Source: Balanoglossus misakiensis (Eukaryota; Animalia; Hemichordata). From it: a stretch of DNA of 64,000 nt. The position numbers and the translations under genes are program-made. Shown in pieces: positions 13,195 to 25,200 of this stretch; positions within the stretch are counted from its first letter, which is position 1; each line of letters starts with the position of its first letter. The stretch covers positions 8,370,001-8,434,000 of the forward strand of contig CM082590.2 of NCBI GenBank assembly GCA_040954595.2, written 5' to 3'. Under the pieces are notes generated by a model that worked only from the letters and a program-made list of their open reading frames with translations, was not told where the DNA came from and did no database searches.

Positions 13195-13989
13195 GATGTA
13201 AAGTTCGCGAGTACAAAAGTCACAAACAACGCGTATGTGTATGACTATCCGAAGTCCACTTCTCAAAGTACCGAAAATTTATCAAAAGTTCCTAATAGAG
13301 CCGTGGGTGTTTTTTTCTCTCGACCAGGCTGCCAGATTGTGGCCTCGCTTGAGATTGTGAGCGCCTGTCGTCAGTTTTTGTTTCGGTGAGCAAAGTCTGC
13401 TGCGCCGAGGTTTCCAATGGTTTATATGCTTCAATAGCCAAACATTGTAAAACTTAAGTCAACACTTGAAGGCTTTTGGTATCCAAATCCACAACATGTG
13501 TGGGACCAAGAGTGATTAAGTACGGCCGTATATCTTCGGTGGTTAAGACGTTTATAGTCCTAGACCACACTTCGTTTTACAGAGTGCCTGCATGAAGACA
13601 ACGTCGAGTCAAATTCCGGTCACAGGTTCTTTTCTACGAAATCTATATTTCCTGTGTGCTCGTTTTGTGCTGTTATGTACGTCGCATGAAGGCGCACTTC
13701 ATGACTGAGGCTTTTCAGAAAATTTGGCGCCATTTATGAGAACATGCGGGCAGGGGAAATATCTCTTGTTGTAAGCTGCCCTCTATTGGTCGGTCTGAGT
13801 GCTTCGAGCATTGATGGAATTTAGTATTACCGTGTGTGTCTCCCTGTCTCTCAAAATTTGTCTGTCTCTCTGTCTGTCTTACTGCGTGTCTCGCTCTGTC
13901 AGTCTGTCCCTCTTTCTGAACCAATATTGTCCGAAAATAAACTTAGTACAATCTATTTAAAACGTCCGCATATCGAAACGCTACTGGAA

Positions 13990-14220
13990 TAATAGTGAGT
14001 TCTTATATAGCGCACGTATACACAATGTGCTTGGGGCGCTTTTTATCCCTGGTCATTGGACCTAATTCAACTCCCTGGGGAGCAAACAGCAGCTCACATG
14101 TGCAGCCATAAGCGCAGCAGAGCTAAATGGCAATCTCTGTCCCTCTAGGTACCAATTTCTCCCGGGGGGAGGGGGGGGCAATGAGAAGTCAAGTGCCTTG
14201 CTCAAGGACACAACACCTAC
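13990..14220 (-). mobile_element. 5'-truncated SINE fragment (CORE-like box, LINE-like 3' tail)
   Basis: The minus strand reads GTGTTGTGTCCTTGAGCAAGGCACTTGAC (resembles the CORE/MIR box) and ends GCGCTATATAAGAACTCACTATTATT. A second copy lies at ~17724-17900. Confidence 0.55.
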
Positions 14221-14795
14221 GATCAAGAGGTCTCTAGCCAATGAGCTATGTCTTACAGATGGTTTAGATGATTCAGAATTATGCATACAGAACAGGAGTT
14301 CGATAATATGTTTTTGTATTCTCATCAGATAGCCCACGCAAATAGACTGTTCTAAGTTTGTAAGACTATCATTAAATTGCAAACAACTAGGGCTGTTACA
14401 ATAATACTTATACAAACGCAGCACGAAGCGTGTCATGTCTATAAATATACATTGCATGTTTTCGGAGAATTCGCACCACTTCTATTACTATTAGAATCTT
14501 CACAAATTCAAAATTGTGTTATCTCGCACATCTTAGCAGATCAGGATAAGATTGAAGAAGTTAGTGGATTAAATTTATGCTAAAAGTGGCAGTTTTAGGG
14601 GCTTTAAGTTTTGTTCACCAGGGTATCAGGGAGTATATGTGATGTACAAGTAAATTAGGGTAATGTAGGAGTTGCATGGTTCGCATACATACTAACGATG
14701 TATACGTGCATGTTATATTCAATGTTGAGTATAGGCAGGGAAGCAGGCCAGTGGCATGACATGGTATGACCCTTTCACCCCCAGATGTTCCCCCT

Positions 14796-14917
14796 GTATG
14801 TATGTAATGTATGTATGTATGTATGTATGTATGTATGTATGTATGTATGTATGTATGTATGTATGTATGTATGTATGTATGTATGTATGTATGTATGTAT
14901 GTATGTATGTATGTATG

Positions 14918-14995
<78 letters not shown>

Positions 14996-15037
14996 CCGGT
15001 ATCTATCTATCTATCTATCTATTTATCTATCTATCTA
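14796..15037. repeat. (TATG)n(TATC)n compound microsatellite upstream of PAN copy 1
   Basis: Seen directly; the paralogous array lies at 19347-19645. Confidence 0.95.
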
Positions 15038-15256
15038 TTGAGTATTCAGAATATGTATCAGACAATTCTGTGCCCCCATTTCCAAATTTATCCTAATTAC
15101 TAGTTATGTCAATCATTCGTTTTAAAATAAAAAGACAGCAAAAATAGTAGCCAATGAAAAGAGTGCACGTTATAGTCACACCAATAGAAAAAAGTTTAAA
15201 TGTGGCTGTCGGAAGGGTGCAGACTACAGTCATTTTCTGCGAATCAAGAAGTCAAC

Positions 15257-17049
15257 ATGATGTGGTTATCTTTTGCTGCTTTGATAGCTGTGCTGGGCTT
15301 TGCAGAGTCCGGTAAGTACCACTATGTCATATTCATCTCTCTCCCTGGAGTGGAGGAGGAGGAAAGAGAAATATTTCTGCAGTTATGTTTGGTTAACGAT
15401 ATACATAGGACGTCAATATTACCCACATTCGACGAAACAAGACCCTCAGATGTATGGTCCAACCCTGCTTAGAAAGCCAAATTCGTCAACTTTGTTTCTC
15501 ATTTTTTGCTCAAGCCAACCTTTAATTGTTTTGCCTTTAGCTTTTACATTTTATGCAGATGGGTGAAATAGATTATCTCTGGAGTACATTTTTTTTTTCT
15601 ATTGCAGCGACGATGGAATGTTCCGTTCTTGTGGGATCGAACATAAGAGGCACCAATTTGCAGACAGTCAGTCCGGTGTCGTCCGCCACAGCCTGTTGCG
15701 CCCACTGCGAGGAGACAGCAAATTGCCTCACCTATACATGGCTCAGAGACACACAAAAATGCTACCTGAGAAGTGGTATCACGGATGTTCTCGATAATGC
15801 AAACGCAGTGGCTGGAGTTATGTCCTTCGGTAAGTACGCTTTAATTGTGTTACAGTCAAACCTGTGTTAGTGGCCACCTCTATATAGTGGCCACTTTGTT
15901 ACAGTCCCTGTGCCATTTACATGTACAGTCAAACCTGTGTTAGTGGCCACCTCTATATAGTGGCCACTTTGTTACAGTCTCTGTGCCATTTACATGTACA
16001 GTCAAACCTGTGTTAGTGGCCACCTCTATATAGTGGCCACTTTGTTACAGTCCCTGTGCAATTCACATGTACAGTCAAACCTGTGTTAGTGGCCACCTCT
16101 ATATAGTGGCCACTTTGTTACAGTCCCTGTGCAATTTACAGGCCACCTGTCAATAAAGGACAGCTAGTTTAAGAAATTCCCTTGATTGGCCACTATAGAC
16201 ATGTTAGACTGTATAATGTTCTATACATAATTCTAAACCGCCTAGACCATCTATTATTCCAGTAACGTTTCGATATGCAGACGTTTTTAATAGATTGTGC
16301 ACAGTTTATTTTTAGACAATATTGGTTCAATTATTGCAAAGTGAGACTTGCTGCATTTAGTATACAGATTAGATGGTGTTGATTTTGAATGTTGAATCAA
16401 TGTCTCTACCAGTACATGTATTTGGAGTACAGATTCGATCTACAACTCCCTATTGTCATGAATTTCATTTAATTGTTGTTTTTGATTAATTGTAACTTCT
16501 TTTATTGTTCTGATGCTCGTTTCTTAAGGCTTCTCCGTGTCCATGATTGCTTTGTAACGTGAATTCCTTAATTTTGTCCCCAGATGTAAACAGCGCGATG
16601 AAATGTTCCGGTCTCGTCGGCACTGACTTGCGAGCTTCCGAGGAAGTGGCTGAAATTGCGGTGTTAGACAGTGCAGATGAATGTTGCGCTGCCTGCTTTG
16701 CAGAACCAGCCTGTACCGTTTGGGTTTACAGTTTTGACGGAAATCGTTGCTATCTGAGAGCAGGTTTTGATACCATCGTGAAAACATCCTGGTCTGTTTC
16801 GGGAATAGTTTCTCGAAGTACGTAAGATATAATTGATATAGCTCATTTTGTTCATCTGACGATATCACAGGCGCCTAACAGTAAATGTTGCAGATGAAGA
16901 GGGAATATGTTCAAAGTTCAGTCAGGCATTGAGGAGCCATGTCAACAAGAAAGAACTGCTCCATTTCAGGTTTTGCACATAAGAGAAAATTATAAGATTT
17001 CCCATAGACAATGAATTTAATTGTTTCTCTTTTTTTTATTCTAGTCTAA
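15257..17049 (+). CDS. Secreted two-PAN/Apple-domain protein, copy 1 (~171 aa)
   Basis: Exons 15257-15311 (signal MMWLSFAALIAVLGFAES), 15608-15829, 16584-16817 and 17045-17049. Each large exon has the PAN pattern C...CCxxC...Cxx[W/Y]x[W/Y]...CYL. AATAAA lies near 17210. The last donor site is ambiguous (16818 vs 16822). Confidence 0.8.
15851..16213. mobile_element. TA-flanked MITE (Tc1/mariner-pogo-like ends) with its 73-bp left end tandemly amplified x4
   Basis: The unit TACAGTCAAACCTGTGTTAGTGGCCACCTCTATATAGTGGCCAC... starts at 15851, 15924, 15997 and 16070 and is closed by ...TTAGACTGTA. Related copies occur at 20556-20775, 28753-28830 and 38517-38674. Confidence 0.7.
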
Positions 17050-17723
17050 CTGTCTTGGAAATCCCCAGCAATGGACACGACACATAGCATGGCTACATGT
17101 ACGCACTTGGAATTCGTGGTCATGGTAGAACTATTCTTTGGTGATCTTTTGTTGATTTACTTGGCATGTACAACTTGGAGACACATCTCCATGTTTCTTT
17201 AGAAGTAGAAATAAAACCTACAATTAAGCATCAATGACTTGTTCTGTGTTGATTGGAGTTATAAATGTTAAATGTGGAGACAGATTGTCAGACAGCCCAA
17301 ACAAACGAACAACTGAGAGACAACGGCAAAACAAAGAAACATTCAAGTGTGTATGTGTGTGTGTGTGTGTGGCCGTTATTGTATATGTCAGCATGGGTGA
17401 CCATATACCTTTAATTTCATTAGAAATATATCACTGAACAAGCTGGAAGCTTAAAGAATTTGAAGCTCAAATATAAATCCATAGAATATGGGAAAAAATG
17501 GAATGGATGTTGCTAATTAATGCTAATTATTTTCCAACTATAAGCAACGCCCGGGTCAATCAGTAGTGTGTCGCGTAAGGCGATTGACTTGAACGACGTC
17601 AGAGTCAAGACCATGTGGTGACCTCGTTGCCGTGACATCGCATTTTGAGTTCTTACTGACATGCAGATCTAAAAAATGGAAGATAGTTGACTCTGTGGCC
17701 AGACCTGAGTGTGTGAGTCTATA

Positions 17724-17900
17724 TTGGACCTAATTCAACTGCCTGGGGAGCAGACAACAGCTCACATGTGCAGCCATAAGCACAGCAGAGATAAACACAC
17801 ACATTGCAATCTCTGTCCTACTAGGTACCCATTACTCCTGGGTGGGGAGAAGCAATGAGAAATAAAGTGCCTTAATTCCAAAGGACACAACACCTACGAT
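17724..17900 (-). mobile_element. SINE fragment, second copy
   Basis: Aligns by eye with 14055-14225 (TTGGACCTAATTCAACT...AAGGACACAACACCTACGATCAAGAG). Confidence 0.55.
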
Positions 17901-19346
17901 CAAGAGTCCCATGGCTCTAGCCAATGAGCTATGTCTTCATACAGATGGTTTAGATGGTGCAGAATTATGCGTATAGAACAGGAGTTTGATATGTTTTTTG
18001 TATTCCTATCAGTTAGCCCATGCAAATAAACTGTTCTAAGTTTGTAAGAATATCATTAAATTGCCAACAACTAGGGCTGTTACAATAATACTTATACAAA
18101 CACCGCACGAAGCAGGTAATATCTATTAATGTACATTGCTTGTTTTCGGAGAATTTGCCCCACTTCTAGCTATTTTAACATTCCCGGGTTTATTATAGTT
18201 TTGGAAGTAGACGCTATACCTGGACAAGTTTTCACTTAGGATGACCTGAGTTAAAACTTTCACCGTTTGGACAGTGATCCTTGTTTCGTCGATATTATAA
18301 TGCAGTGTTTTTTATCCAGAATGGCATCAACAGGGGGGATATGTCCTCCTTTGCCAGGAAATTTGAGAGGGATTCCACTCTAGCAAGGGGGACTGCAATA
18401 TTGATCTCCAACATGTGAATGACGTCATTTTTTAGGGGCACTGGTTCCCCCTTGACAAATTTAGATGAAACAATGATAACGCTTTTCATTTTACTTTCAA
18501 AATTTGTATATACGTTCTTATCACCTGCCAGCTTTAGTTTTACTGGCGTACGTACAATCATGAAAAGAGAACCAGTATCATTAATGTATAGCTCGAATAC
18601 TTGCCATTTTGATGACATTTCTTGGAAATTAGATCAGCCCATTTGCATGGGCTTACTGCTGTGAATACACAATCATATTATCAACATCTAATTGTGGCAC
18701 CTGTTTATTCAGCCGGCCATTGCAAGCTTACAGAAGTATTGCGGTATGCGCGTGCACATACATATCAGAATCTTCACAAAATTAATACAAAATTGTTTCG
18801 TCTCACACATCTTAGCGGATAAGGATAAGATTAAAGAAGTTTATGGATTTAACATATGCTAAAAGGGCTACGGGGGAGAATATGTGATGTACAAGCAAAT
18901 TAGGTGAATGTAAGAGTTAAAGATGTACATGGTTTGCATACATACTAACGATGTATACGTGCATGTTGTATTCAATGTTGAGTATAGGCAGGGAAGCAGG
19001 CCAGTGGCATGACATGGTATGACCCTTTCACCCCCAGTTCCCCCCTTAAGAGGTCCAACCTTACCATAGAAAACAATGGGTTTGGACTAAACTATGGTGG
19101 TGAAACATCTTCAACATGTTTCTTTATTGACTTGCAATGCTGCTAGTATGCATAGTGTTGATTGCCCAAGTTTGATACATATGCAAAGACATATGCATTT
19201 GATCCAAACTTACTGATTTGATATTTAATAACTGTTTGCAATTAGATATAAAAATCAAGATTTGGACATCTAATATGATGAAGTCAGCAAGAGAAATTGA
19301 TCGGAGTGAGAATGTGATGTCAACTAATTTAGTTTGTTCGAACTTA

Positions 19347-19512
19347 GTGTATGTATGTATGTATGTATGTATGTATGTATGTATGTATGTATGTATGTAT
19401 GTATGTATGTATGTATGTATTGATGTATATGTATGTATGTATGTATTGATGTACATGTATGTACATGTATGTATGTAATGTATGTATGTATGTATGTATG
19501 TATGTATGTATG

Positions 19513-19543
<31 letters not shown>

Positions 19544-19613
19544 CGTATGTATGTATGTATGTATGTATGTATGTATGTATGTATGTATGTATGTATGTAT
19601 GTATGTATGTATG

Positions 19614-19645
<32 letters not shown>
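19347..19645. repeat. (TATG)n(TATC)n compound microsatellite upstream of PAN copy 2
   Basis: Seen directly in the sequence. Confidence 0.95.
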
Positions 19646-19861
19646 AGTATTCAGAATATGTATCAGACAATTCTGTGCCCCCATTTCCAAATTTATCCTA
19701 ATTACAAGTTATGCCAATCATTCGATTTAAAATAAAAAGACAGCAAAAATAGTAGCCAATGAAAAGAGTGCACGTTATGGTCACACCAATCGAAAAAAGT
19801 TTAAATGTGGCCATCGGAAGGCCGCAGATAACAGTAATTTGCTGCGAATCAAGAAGTCAAC

Positions 19862-21572
19862 ATGATGTGGTTATCTTTTGCTGCTTTGATAGCTGTGCTG
19901 GGCTTTGCAGAGTCCGGTAAGTACCACTATGTCATATTCATCTCTCTCCCTGGAGTGGAGGAGGAGATTTTTTTTCCATTTTTGCCTAATTGGTTTCTTT
20001 GCATGTTGCTAAGTTGTTTTTGCCTTTAGATTTTACCTTTTATGCAGATGGATGAAATAGTTTATCTGTAGAGTACAGTACCGGTATACGATCATTTTTT
20101 TTTTCTATTTTGCAAAGCGACGATCGAATGTTCCGTTAGCTTTTACATTTTATGCAATGGGTGAAATAGATTATCTCTAGAGTACAGTATTTTTGTTTGT
20201 TTTTCTATTAGCGACGATCGAATGTTCCGTTAGTTTACTTTAGCTTTTACATTTTATGCAGATGGATGAAATAGTTTATCTGTACAGTATTTTTGTTTGT
20301 TTTTCTATTAGCGACGATCGAATGTTCCGTTCTTCTGGGAACGGACATAAAAGGCAACACCCTGCAGATGGTCGCAGACACGGCGTCCGCCACAGCCTGT
20401 TGCGCCCTCTGCGAGGCGAGAGCGGAGTGCATCACGTACACATGGAGCACCGAGTCGTCAATTTGCTACCTGCGAGACACCATCACAGATATTGTCGATC
20501 AGCCGATAGCAGTCGCTGGAGTAATGTCCTTCGGTAGGATACGATTTAATTGTGTTACAGTCCAACCTGTGTTAGTGGCCACCTCTATATAGTGGCCACT
20601 TTGTTACAGTCCCTGTGCCATTTACATGTACAGTCCAACCTGTGTTAGTGGCCACCTCTATATAGTGGCCACTTTGTTACAGTCTCTGTGCCATTTACAT
20701 GTACAGTCAAACCTGTGTTAGAGGCCACCCCTATATAGTGGCCACTTTGTAACAGTCCCTGTGCCATTTACATGTCTATAAAAACATGGTATTTATATTT
20801 GCAGTACAGATTCGGTGTCATAAATTGCATTTAATTGTATTTTTTGATGAATTGCGACTTGTTTTATTGTTCTAATGCTCGTTTCTCGATTAGGCTTCTC
20901 AGTGTTCATGATTGGTTTCAAACGTGAATTCATTATTTTTGTCCCCAGATGTAAACAGTGCGATGAAATGTAACGGTATCGTCGGCACTGACTTGCGATC
21001 ATCTGGTGAAGAAGGGGTTTGGTTAAGAGAGAACGCAGACGCCTGTTGCACCCTCTGCTATGAGACACCAGCCTGTCTTGTTTGGGTTTTTAGTTTTGAC
21101 GGAAATCGCTGCTATATGAGAGCAGGCTTTGATTCCATCGTGAAAACACCTTGGGCTGTTTCCGGAATAGTTTCTCGAAGTACGTAAGAGATAATTTATA
21201 TGGCTAGCTCATTTTGTCCATCTGAAGATATAACTGGCGTCTAACAGTAAATGTTGTTGATGAAGCAGAGGGAATATGTTCAAAGTTTAGTCCGGCATTG
21301 AGCGAAGTCAACAAGAAAGAACTGCTCATTTATTTTGGGTTTTGCACAAAAGGGAAAATTATTAGATTTCCCATCGACGATGTACTATAAAACGGGTTAT
21401 TTTCGCGACAGGAACTGTTCGCGATATCTAAAGAGGCAACTGTTAGGACGAATGATATTCATGTTTTCTTATTTCACTAACTGCATCATTATCTCTGAGA
21501 ACATTTTACACGACTTTATATAACCCGTTTTTACAGTATTTAATTGTTTCTCGTTTTTTTATTCCAGTCTAA
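19862..21572 (+). CDS. Secreted two-PAN/Apple-domain protein, copy 2 (~170 aa)
   Basis: Exons 19862-19916, 20312-20533, 20949-21179 and 21568-21572, with the same structure as copy 1. AATAAA lies near 21735. Confidence 0.8.
20556..20775. repeat. 73-bp MITE-derived tandem repeat x3 in intron 2 of PAN copy 2
   Basis: Same unit as 15851-16140, at the equivalent intron position. Confidence 0.75.
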
Positions 21573-22145
21573 CTGTCTTGGAAATCCCCAGCAATGGACA
21601 CATAACATGGCTACATGTACGCACTTGGAATTTGTGGTCATAGTAGAACTATTTTTTGGGTGATCTTTTGTTGATTTACTTGGCATGTACAACTTGGAGA
21701 CACATCTCCACATTTCTTTAGAAATAGAAGTAGAAATAAAACCTACAATTAAGCATCAATGACTTGTTCTGTGTTGATTGGAGTTATAAATGTTAAATGT
21801 GGAGACAGATTGACAGACAGTCTGAACAAACGAACAACTGAGAGACAGAGGCAAAACAAATATTCATGTGTGTGTGTGTGTGTTGTAGTATTTTAGTCAA
21901 AAGTGGTTATATACCGGTATACATGGATGACCATATACCAGTACCTTTAATTCAATAGAAATATATCATTGAACAAGTAGAAAGTAAGCTTAAAGAATTG
22001 GAAGCTCAAATAAAAATTCATTTAATAAGAAAACAAAATACATGAAAAACAGTCACATTGTCCAAACTATCACACACAGAAAATCTTTTAGCTTCCACAG
22101 AAGTATTCAATGCAACGACGTGTAATGACACACGTTTGGCCGACG

Positions 22146-22238
22146 CTACACTGTTGATGGAGCCACCTCCGTGTCGCCATGTGCAATATCTGGAGAGGAA
22201 AAAGAATAAACTATGTTCATCACATTGACAACAACAAA

Positions 22239-22298
<60 letters not shown>

Positions 22299-25200
22299 AG
22301 TGATAGTGATAGTGATAGTGATAGTAATGATGATAAATGATGGTGGTGGTGGTTGTGGTAGAGATGGTGATAATGACAGCTTCACCTATGACATAATTTA
22401 CAATATCACTAACCGCATGCAGTTAAACTCATATTTTAATACCATCTGCTTTTAATTCACTTTCATCCAATTCTCGATTCGCGTACACATAGTCAGCTCT
22501 TCTGAGAAGAAAACATACAATTTTTATTTCCATTTTTATTTCCAGCAAAAACTACAGCACAAAGAGTACTCATCATATCACCACTTGGCCTAAATACATA
22601 TAACATGGAGACATTCTTGTTGGAAATTGAATTTTAGTCCAGACTAAAATTTAAATGTCGACAATAACACTATACTTTGAATGTATAACTTATTTGTTAA
22701 CAAGGTGAATACTTAAGGATGTACGCGCAGAACATAAACCGGAAGCAGTGCGCGCCCGGTCTTTTTCCCATAGGATTACATTGAAAATTGCTAGAAAACA
22801 AACTTCTACTATTGTCATTTTCACGAAATTTTACACATAGCTCAGTCCAGCAAATATAAATTCATTGGTCAAATAAAATATAGGGGTCACCGCGCTCTAT
22901 TTTGAGATAAATTGCGTCAAAAATTTTGCCCATAGACAAACCATTGGTGAAAAATGCTGAGTCAGCAGTTTTCTTCTATTATCGACTAAATTCATGGCTC
23001 TGTATTTCAAAAACAAGCGCGGTGACCCATATATTTTATTACGGATTTTCATTATACATACAAAGGAGAATCCAAAAATCCACAATTAAAAAAAATGACA
23101 ATACTTTCAATTTTACTGAACGTACATCCTTAATTGGCATTTAGCAAGTATCAAAAGAAACTAGTTGTTCCATAGGCCAAAATAGTGAAATAAGACCAAC
23201 CTGTGTTTTGTCCGTCTAGATCTGACCATGCATGCGATGACGGCAACCAACACAATGACAGCCACGAACACGCCCACAGCGACTGCGACAACGATTACAC
23301 TATTCTGTGCGCCGGAAACTGCGTCTGCCTGTGGGGCAACTGAATGAGACAAGAGAATTAACACTGGATGTGATACAGAAAGTAAATACACGGATTCTAT
23401 CAGTCAACAGCTAAGTTTTGGGTAGGATAGAATTTTGGGTAGGTTCGCCTGAACTGTGTATCTGCTTCTTTGCTGTTTCCACAAACACACAATCAGCATT
23501 GCACTCGCAGTTCAAGTTGTTGTTTCCATGATTTTTTTAAACAAAAAACAATATACTTGGAACTTTGTTGAAATAAAGAAGTGAACTTCACAAGCTAAAT
23601 GTACCTTAATTGCAACGTGCATGTTTTGTGTGATTTGTCATAGATTAAGTACTTTCTATTTCTATAATTACCTTGTGATGTATTGGCAACACAATCTATT
23701 CCAGTACATCCTTCCATGCAATGGCAACTATCGGTACTTTCGTCGTAGACACACTTCCCTGTGCATCTAGTTTGTGATATTTGATTGAGAAAGAAAGTTG
23801 ATGATTGTCAATTCAGTATACATGTATTATTATTTGTCCAGCACGACACCAAGTGAAAGTAATTTGAGTTTCATGTTTGCTAAGTTGTCTGTCTGTCTGT
23901 CTGTCTGTTTGTCTATAGTGTACACAGTTAGTCATTGTAAAATAGTTCTTTAAAGGGACAAAGTCTCTTTCTTGCTGCCCTTTTTCCATTAGTTATATTT
24001 GATACGAGACACCGTTTATGGCGAGATTTTTACTCTCATATCCTATGGGATGGAAGTTGTGTGTGGTCGAACATTGATTCACTATATATCTACATGTAGA
24101 ATAAGATAAATGGGGTCTTCTATCAAAGATAATTAATGGAAAAAGGGCAGCGAGAGATACTTTATCCCTTTAAAGATATTCATTTTATACTTACTTGTCA
24201 GGACACTGGCAACTCGCATCGCTTTGACAAGATACACCATCTGGACAGGAGCACTTTCCTGTCACGTGATCGCATACTTCTAATTTCTCACAAAGGCAGA
24301 CATCGCTACAGCGGTCGCCATAGTAACCTTTCCCGCAGGGTTCGTCGCACCGGTCGCCTTTCCATCCGGGCGTGCACGCACAGGTTCTGTCCCGGGACAA
24401 ACAGGTGTATCCGTTGTAGCAGTGAAGGCATTTCTCCCGGCAGTAGTTCAAATCGATCCCGAAGAGCGTCTTCAAGTCGAATTTCACGTCGCACGTCGTG
24501 CAGTCGGCGCCCAGCCAACCGTCTTCGCACGCGCAGTCGTCGGGGTCGTCGTCCGCGCCGCAGCGACCGCGGTTGTAGCAGTCGCAGCGGTCCGTGCAGT
24601 CGTCGCCGTGGAAACCCGGGTCGCAGATGCACGCGCCGTCGCTCCGCCGGCAGGAGGCATCGTCCGGGCAATCGCAGACCCCCGTGCAATCTTCCCCGTA
24701 GAAACCAGGTTCACACGTGCAACCTTTGTACTGATCGCAGACGGCGTTTCCATGGCACGCGCAATCATTCTCGCAGAAGCGTCCGTGGTAACCATCCAGA
24801 CACGTGCAGCTAGAGCGAACCAAAGCCCCATCCCAGTCACAGAATCCACCATTTTCACAAGGGCACTCGACAGAACATGTTCTATCGAAATATCCACTCG
24901 GACAATCACATGACCCATCGGTTTTGTTGCACCTTCCCCCGTTCTCGCATAAACAGTCATACAGGCAGTCGTTTCCATAGAAACCGTCCGGACATTCTGA
25001 CCATTAAGAAATACATACAAAATTAGCATCAAAGGCACTGTACTTCAATTTGGTAATATATTACATTGTTATCAATTGTATGAGCCTCCCTTTATACCGG
25101 ATGTTGGCATTTTAATATGTTAATGAGCTTCCTTTTATACCGGATGTGGGCATTTTAATATGTTAATGAGCCTCCCTTTATACTGGATGTGTGCATTTTA

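Noticed and set aside
15851-16140. Regularly spaced palindromic repeats resembling a CRISPR array
   Set aside because: There are no unique spacers (the whole 73-bp unit repeats), the location is a eukaryotic intron, there are no cas genes, and the unit is a MITE end.
24823-24996. Apparent frameshift in the receptor C EGF exon (ORF track starts at 24823)
   Set aside because: Manual translation from the acceptor at 24996 is open and in frame; the track simply starts at the first start-like codon.
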